The position numbers were made by a program, and so were the translations under genes. Under the pieces are notes generated by a model that saw only the letters and a list, made by a program, of their open reading frames with translations, was not told where the DNA came from and searched no databases. Positions 1-5,082 of a stretch of 5,082 bases of DNA are shown one piece after another. The first letter of the stretch is position 1. The number at the start of each line of letters is the position of its first letter. Origin of the DNA: Paraspadella gotoi (lineage: Eukaryota; Animalia; Chaetognatha); the NCBI GenBank assembly GCA_051294375.1, contig JBJCIZ010001312.1:1-5082 (forward strand), given 5' to 3'.

Positions 1-525
1 ATTTAGAAAAACCGTGCCTGATGTAACTAAAAACTACGGTCGTCGTAATTCTAAATACTAATTTTTCACCCAAAAACAAAAAACGAAGACAAGTATGTTC
101 GCTCGGTTCACGAGACGGCCGGAGGTGCCGCTCACCAACTTCTGCAGAGTAGCGAAGCGCCGTGTGACGATTGCCAAAAACGAACGTCTCTGACTACGAA
201 TAGGAAAAACAAAAATAAACTCTGTATGGCGTGTATCATTACACCCGTTTTCAACCGTAATCCAAAAAACGAAAACACTAAAAAACTGGTCAATCCTGGC
301 GTTTAACTTTAAAAAACGTTTGCCCGCTAACTGAAAAAACGATACAATCAAATGGCCCTATAAAAAAATTGACACAAGGCAGGGGGGAATGAGACGAAAG
401 GGAGCTAAATATTTCTGACTAACTTACTGACTAACAATAAAATGATTTTTGGCGAACTATCTCCGGGCATTATTACTACAAAATAACTAAATCAAAAAGC
501 AAAGTAATAAAGGCCTTTATCGAAG

Positions 526-2265
526 TCATTTCTCCAAATAACTATCATCCGTGTTTTACTTTTAATATCATCCTTTTTTGAATATCATTACTCCTAATCG
601 TTTCCTTTTAAATATCATTCTCCAAATAACTATCATCGTGTTTTACTTAATCATCATTTTTTAAATATCAGTATACTAAATCGGTTTCCTTTAAATATCA
701 TTTTTCCAAAAACTATCATCGGTTTTTTACTTTTAACTATCATCCTTTTAAAATATCATCAACTCCTAAATCGTTTTCCTTTTAATATATTTTTTTTAAT
801 ATATCTTACTAAATATCAACATTTTTAATATCAGTAACTCCTAAATCGTTTCCTTTAAAATCATTTCTCCAAATAACTATCATCCGTGTTTTACTTTTAA
901 ATATCATTAATTTTTAAATATCAGTAACTACTAAATCGGTTTCCTTTTAAATATCATTTTCCAAATAACTATCATCGGTTTTTACTTTAACTATCATCTT
1001 TTTTTAAATATTATCACTCCTAAATCGTTTCCTTTAAATATCATCTTTTAATATCATTTTACTTTAAATATCATCATTTTTTAAATATCAGTAACTCTAA
1101 ATCGTTTCCTTTTAAATATCATTCTCAATAATCATCCGTGTTTTACTTTAAATATCATCATTTTTAAATATCAGTAACTACTAAATCGTTTCTTTAATAT
1201 CATTTTTCCAAATAACTATCATCGGTTTTTACTTTTAACTATCATCTTTTTAAATATCATCAACTCCTAATGGTTTCCTTTAAATATCATCTTTTTAATA
1301 TCATTTACTTTTAAATATCATCATTTTTAAATATCAGTAACTCCTAAATCGGTTCCTTTTAATATCATTTCTCCAAATAACTATCATCCGTGTTTTAATT
1401 TTAATATCATCATTTTTTAATATCAGTAACTACTAAATCGTTTCCTTTTAATATCATTTTTCCAATACTATCATCGTTTTTACTTTTAACTATCATCCTT
1501 TTTTAATATCATCAACTCCTAAATCGGTTCCTTTTAAATATCATCTTTTTTAAATATCATTTTACTTATAAATATTATCATTTTTAAATATCAGTAACTC
1601 CTAAATCGGTTTCCTTTAAATATCATTTTCCAAATAACTATCATCAGTGTTTTACTTTAACTATCATCACTTTTTAAATATTATCAACTCTAATCGGTTT
1701 CCTTTTAAAAATCATCTTTTTTTAAATATCATTTCTCCAATTACTATCATCCGTGTTTACTTTTAAATATCATCCTTTTTTAAATATCATTACCTCCTAA
1801 ATCGGTTTCCTTTTATATTCATTCTCAAATACTATCATCCATGTTTACTTTTATTATCATTTTTTAAATATCAGTATATACATCGGTTTCCTTTAAATAT
1901 CATTTTTCCAAATAACTATCATCGTGTTTTTTACTTTTACTATCATCCTTTTTTAAATATTCATCAACTCAATGTTTCCTTTTTAAATAGCATCTTTTTT
2001 TAATATCATTTTATTTAATATCATCATTTTCAAATATCAGTACACTCCTAAATCGGTTTCCTTTTAAATCATCATTTCTCCAATAACTATCATCGTGTTT
2101 TACTACTTTAATATCATCATTTTTAATATCAGTACTCTAAATCGTTTTCTTTTAGAATTCATTTTTCCACATAACTATCATCGGTTTTTTTACTTTTAAC
2201 TATCATCTATTTTTTAAATATCATTCAACTAATAAATCGGTTTTATTTTTTAATTTCATCAACTC
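526..2265. repeat. AT-rich tandem array of about 20 monomers of ~75-107 bp (mean ~86 bp) with A-B-C higher-order structure (~250 bp)
   Basis: The anchor TAAATCG(G)TTTCC, or a variant, recurs at about 596, 678, 767, 842, 932, 1021, 1098, 1182, 1268, 1345, 1434, 1520, 1602, 1691, 1798, 1879, 1971, 2049, 2138 and 2233. Monomers are built from AATATCA/AACTATCA sub-motifs. Copies differ mainly in homopolymer length. Confidence 0.96.
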
Positions 2266-2623
2266 ACAAAATCCGTCCGTCTAGGTTTTTGAATGTTGAG
2301 GCAAAACAACAGTTATATCAAAAAGCGATAAAAATGTTAGGGCAAACTATGAAAAATGTAAGTCGCAAAGAGGCGGTCTACATTTTCCTTACTACTCTAA
2401 AATGTCGTTCTCCTTCTCCTAGACTATCCAAAAAACGAACAAATACTAAATAAATACAAAAATACAAAAAACCTTGCCTAGACTCAAATTTCACCTTTTC
2501 TCAACTCCAAAATCTAAATTAACTTTGTAATTAACGAACTTACTCCGTCGGCGAGGTCAAGTTCGCGCCTAGTCACGGCTGGACAATCGCGTGTGAAGAA
2601 GTGGAGAGAAAGTCAACCATATG

Positions 2624-2653
2624 CCTCCTCTCTCTTCTCTCTTTCTAGTCTCT

Positions 2654-2707
<54 letters not shown>

Positions 2708-2713
2708 TTTTCT
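2624..2713. repeat. (CT)n/(AG)n microsatellite in an imperfect polypyrimidine tract
   Basis: Pure (CT)16 at 2665-2696, flanked by interrupted CT/CTT runs. Confidence 0.95.
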
Positions 2714-2810
2714 TCGTTTTTCACTTTGTCGGATCTGGCGGTCGTCTCCATTATAATGTTGAAATTCACTTATATCTTGTAGAACATCGAATTATAGAAA
2801 ATGATACTGT

Positions 2811-2834
2811 CCATTCCGTCCGTCGTCCGTCCGT
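2811..2834. repeat. Short imperfect (CCGT)n tetranucleotide repeat
   Basis: ccattccgtccgtcgtccgtccgt; a shorter ccgtccgtc also occurs at about 2273-2281. Confidence 0.55.
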
Positions 2835-3028
2835 ACCCCCTTAGCTTGATGTCAATATCTTGTGGATGGGCGATTGACTTAAGTTTTGTGTGTGTTAAAG
2901 AGTGGTGTGATTTAAAGCAGGGGATATTCAAGTTGCGATTGAAGAATCGTCCTCGTGAAATGAGTTTAAATGGAAAAAAAACAAAACTGTTCACTATTTG
3001 ATTATGCTTTTATGTAAATGGTCAGCCA

Positions 3029-3182
3029 ATATAATTATTATTTAATCCATATCATATCATCATTAATCATCAATAATCAAGTAATTTATCAACCAAATAA
3101 CTAATATTATCAATTTATCAATCAATTGATTATCATGCAAAATTAATATAATATTATATTAAATGATTGTATTTTAATAATC
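3029..3182. other. Extremely AT-rich low-complexity segment (ATC/AAT-rich)
   Basis: G is nearly absent and atca/aata words are repeated. Confidence 0.8.
3134..3182. other. Fungal-type spliceosomal intron, visible only in the complement read left-to-right (49 nt)
   Basis: Given catgca (3134-3139), atgattg (3163-3169) and atc (3180-3182) complement to the donor GTACGT, branch point TACTAAC and acceptor TAG, in the correct order and spacing. Valid only if the window is mirrored. Confidence 0.55.
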
Positions 3183-3330
3183 ATCGTCGATGTTTCATCG
3201 TCGTCGCCATTATCGTCGTTGTTGCTTTGTCGTGCTCCATGACCTGACAAACAGAATTAAAACAATTAATTAAATAATTTTTTAACTAATTTAATTAATT
3301 ACTGCTAATAATCGTGGGGCAGATCCGGAT

Positions 3331-3431
3331 TTCTTTTTCTTTTTGCGTTTATTCTTCATAACATATCTTCTTCTTTTCTTTCTTTTTCTTTTCTTTCTTT
3401 TTTCTTTCTTTTTATGTTTTTCTTTTTTTTT
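3331..3431. repeat. T/C-rich tract (TTC/TTTC/TTTTC low complexity)
   Basis: Runs such as tcttcttcttttctttctttttcttttctttcttttttctttc. Confidence 0.85.
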
Positions 3432-3480
3432 GGATAGCTGAAAAAGTTCGTTTTCAGTCATTTAAAAGGTTCCAGAGAAA

Positions 3481-4140
3481 TTTTCGTCGATTTGTCATGG
3501 TCTTCGCCTTCGTTTTTGTCTTTGTTTTCGCCTTCGTTTGTCGTCTTCTTCGTCGTTGTCGTCGTCTTTGTTTCGTTTTTGTCATCGTCTTTGTTTTTTG
3601 TCGTCTTCGTCGTCGTCTTCATCGTTGTTGTCATTCTGTTGTTGCTTTCATCATCGTTGTTGTTGTTGTTGTCATTGTCTTTATCATTTTCGTCTTTGTG
3701 CCGTTTTGTCATTGTTTTTTTTTGTCGTCTCTCGTTGTCTTTATCGGTTGTTGTCGTTCTGTTGTTGCTTTCATCATCATTTGTTGTTGTATGTCATTGT
3801 GCTTTATCATTTTGTCGACGTCTTCGTCATTGTTGTCGTTGTTCTGTTGTTGCTTTCATCTCTTTTTGTTGTGTTGCATTGTCTTTATCTTTCGGTCGAG
3901 TCTTCGTCGTTGTTGTCGTTGTCTGTTGTTGCTCTTCATCATCGTTTGTTTGTTGTCATTGTCTTATCATTTTCGTTCGAAGTCTTCGTCGTTGTGTTGT
4001 CGTTTGATTTTGTCGAATTTTTTTGTCTTCGCCGTTGTTTTCGTCATCTCTATTCTTATTGCTTTTGTCTTTTTTCGTCCTCTTCTACAGAATTTTTGTT
4101 GTTATATTTCGTTGTTCGTCATTGTTGTCTCCATAGTTAG
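3481..4140. repeat. Degenerate trinucleotide-rich block (GTC/TTG/TTC/ATC) containing about 4 copies of an 80-120 bp unit
   Basis: TCTGTTGTTGCT(C)TTCATC recurs at about 3634, 3757, 3842 and 3922, each followed by a GTCATTGTCTTTATCATTTT-like motif at about 3671, 3793, 3876 and 3955. Confidence 0.88.
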
Positions 4141-4484
4141 TCTTTGTCGACGACTTTTTTCATTTGCTAGGTCTTTGTCCTCGTTTGGTCTAAACATTTG
4201 TTACTTCGATTGTCGATGTTCAAGAATTAATCTTAGTGTAAAGTTTGAAACAAAAAAGAATTCTATACCATCTTTCGTGAAAAAAACAAATTGTAACTTT
4301 TGAAAGATGTTGCCCCTTACCGAATTCTTTAACAAAATCGGGGAGCTGACAACATCGAATTTTTTGACCACTGTGTCCCATGGACTAGAGAACTAAAGAA
4401 TTACATTTTTGGAATCGGGGAAGTTTGAAAGACCAAACGTTGATGATCATCAGCCTTTGACCCTCCTCGATCAACTGGGTTCCC

Positions 4485-4509
4485 NNNNNNNNNNNNNNNN
4501 NNNNNNNNN
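4485..4509. other. Assembly gap (25 N)
   Basis: 25 consecutive N bases; true distance and adjacency across the gap are unknown. Confidence 0.99.
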
Positions 4510-4511
4510 GT

Positions 4512-4748
4512 GGGTTAAGGACTTGTTCACTAAAAACCGAAAAATATCATATTTTCTAAAAACGAACAAAGTATCTCTAAAAAACAATACTTTTCTAAAA
4601 AATACTAAATTATTCTTATCGAAAAATTGGCCGTACCCCCCGCACGAACGGAGAGGAACGAACCTGTTCGTACAAAGAGAAAAAATTTTTCGAAAAAATC
4701 GTTAAGTCCCAAAAAATACAAGAAAAGAACTACGCGTAGTTAATTTGT
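4512..4748. pseudogene. Possible degraded coding relic in the reversed (right-to-left, uncomplemented) reading
   Basis: 79 codons with a single TAA: CLIDAHQEKNIKNPELLKKLFKKEKHACPSKERQARPPCRLKSYSY*IIKNLFITKNLYETSKNLLYYKKPKITCSGIG. No recognisable domain. Confidence 0.25.
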
Positions 4749-5082
4749 AATGTTTGGGGGAAACGGGGGAAAATCTCAAATTCCTCTCGAGCGTAAAGTC
4801 GCGAAGATCTGAGGAAAAAGGCATGATGTTAAATAACACTTTATCCGGAGATAATTCGAGGCCGTACGATCGATTGAAAATTGAGGTTAACCTGCCGAAA
4901 ACCAAACACACAAAATAACGATATTACCTTAAAATAAATATTTATTAAACCTAAAAAATATTAAGAAAAAACGTAAGTACACATTAATTATTTTCAGAAA
5001 TGCCCGCTGCATCAAGTTCCAGAACGATCAACGCAACTTTCGAAATTCGTAGCATCAGCCCGTAATCGTCGTCACGATCCGA

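Larger units (their letters stand above)
3186..4140. pseudogene. Putative hypermutated (RIP-like) low-complexity coding relic in the complement reading
   Basis: Complement 3186-3237 joined to 3314-3462 across a GT..AG segment translates as QLQSSSSGNSSNNETARAPRLGLKKKKNANKKYCIEEEKKEKEKK... It is followed by frameshifted GCA/GAA/ACA-rich sequence (TVPEAEAKTETKAEA...). No homology evidence. Confidence 0.35.

Noticed and set aside
323-335. cccgctaactgaa is the exact unreversed complement of gggcgattgactt at 2868-2880
   Set aside because: A 13-mer match between two 5 kb sequences is expected by chance roughly 0.4 times and the extension is weak, so it is not used as evidence.
58-351. 97 aa minus-strand ORF, and likewise the short ORFs at 2770-3001 and 4702-4911
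   Set aside because: Short, compositionally biased and without recognisable motifs.
526-2265. CRISPR array or iteron/replication origin
   Set aside because: The sequence between the anchors is itself repeated, so there are no unique spacers. No cas or rep gene is present and the context is eukaryote-like.
2811-2840. (GTCC)n-like core suggestive of a DINE-1/Helentron-type element; ccgtaccccc also recurs at 4631-4640
   Set aside because: No subterminal inverted repeats or 3' hairpin found, and a 10-bp match is within chance.
2569-2844. ORFs with ER/RE and SL repeats
   Set aside because: Direct translations of the (CT)n microsatellite.
3458-3712. Minus-strand 84 aa D/N/T/K-rich ORF
   Set aside because: A low-complexity translation that switches between D/N and T/K phases. 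It would be the best candidate only if the window is not mirrored, and has no other support.
3492-4303. Three overlapping + strand ORFs (171, 268 and 200 aa) rich in V/F/C/L/S, resembling membrane or Cys-rich proteins
   Set aside because: All three frames are open because this strand has very few A and so cannot form stop codons. The products are translations of simple repeats with no domain.
4409-4705. 98 aa ORF
   Set aside because: Spans the 25-N gap, so its continuity is artificial.
4728-4741. Perfect 14-bp palindrome aactacgcgtagtt
   Set aside because: Expected about 0.3 times per 5 kb by chance, with no supporting context.
1-5082. A novel biological system producing mirror-image DNA
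   Set aside because: No known mechanism exists and no internal original/mirror pair is present. A computational orientation error or reversed control is far more parsimonious.

Overview
AT-rich, low-complexity, eukaryote-like DNA with no credible protein-coding gene, RNA gene, CRISPR array or intact mobile element in the orientation supplied. It directly shows a ~1.75 kb hierarchical tandem array (526-2265; about 20 monomers of ~86 bp in an A-B-C higher-order pattern), a (CT)n microsatellite, a T/C tract, a degenerate GTC/TTG/TTC repeat block and a 25-N gap. The listed ORFs are best explained by base composition. The main observation is that the window makes biological sense only when mirrored, i.e. 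complemented without reversing or reversed without complementing. CpG exceeds GpC as given. In the mirrored reading, short ascomycete-type introns appear (GTACGT...TACTAAC...TAG), together with K/N/T-rich coding relics that look like RIP-type G->A/C->T hypermutation. My best interpretation is a mis-oriented, poorly polished piece of RIP-degraded fungal DNA, which is a data artefact and not a new biological system. No homology searches were run.
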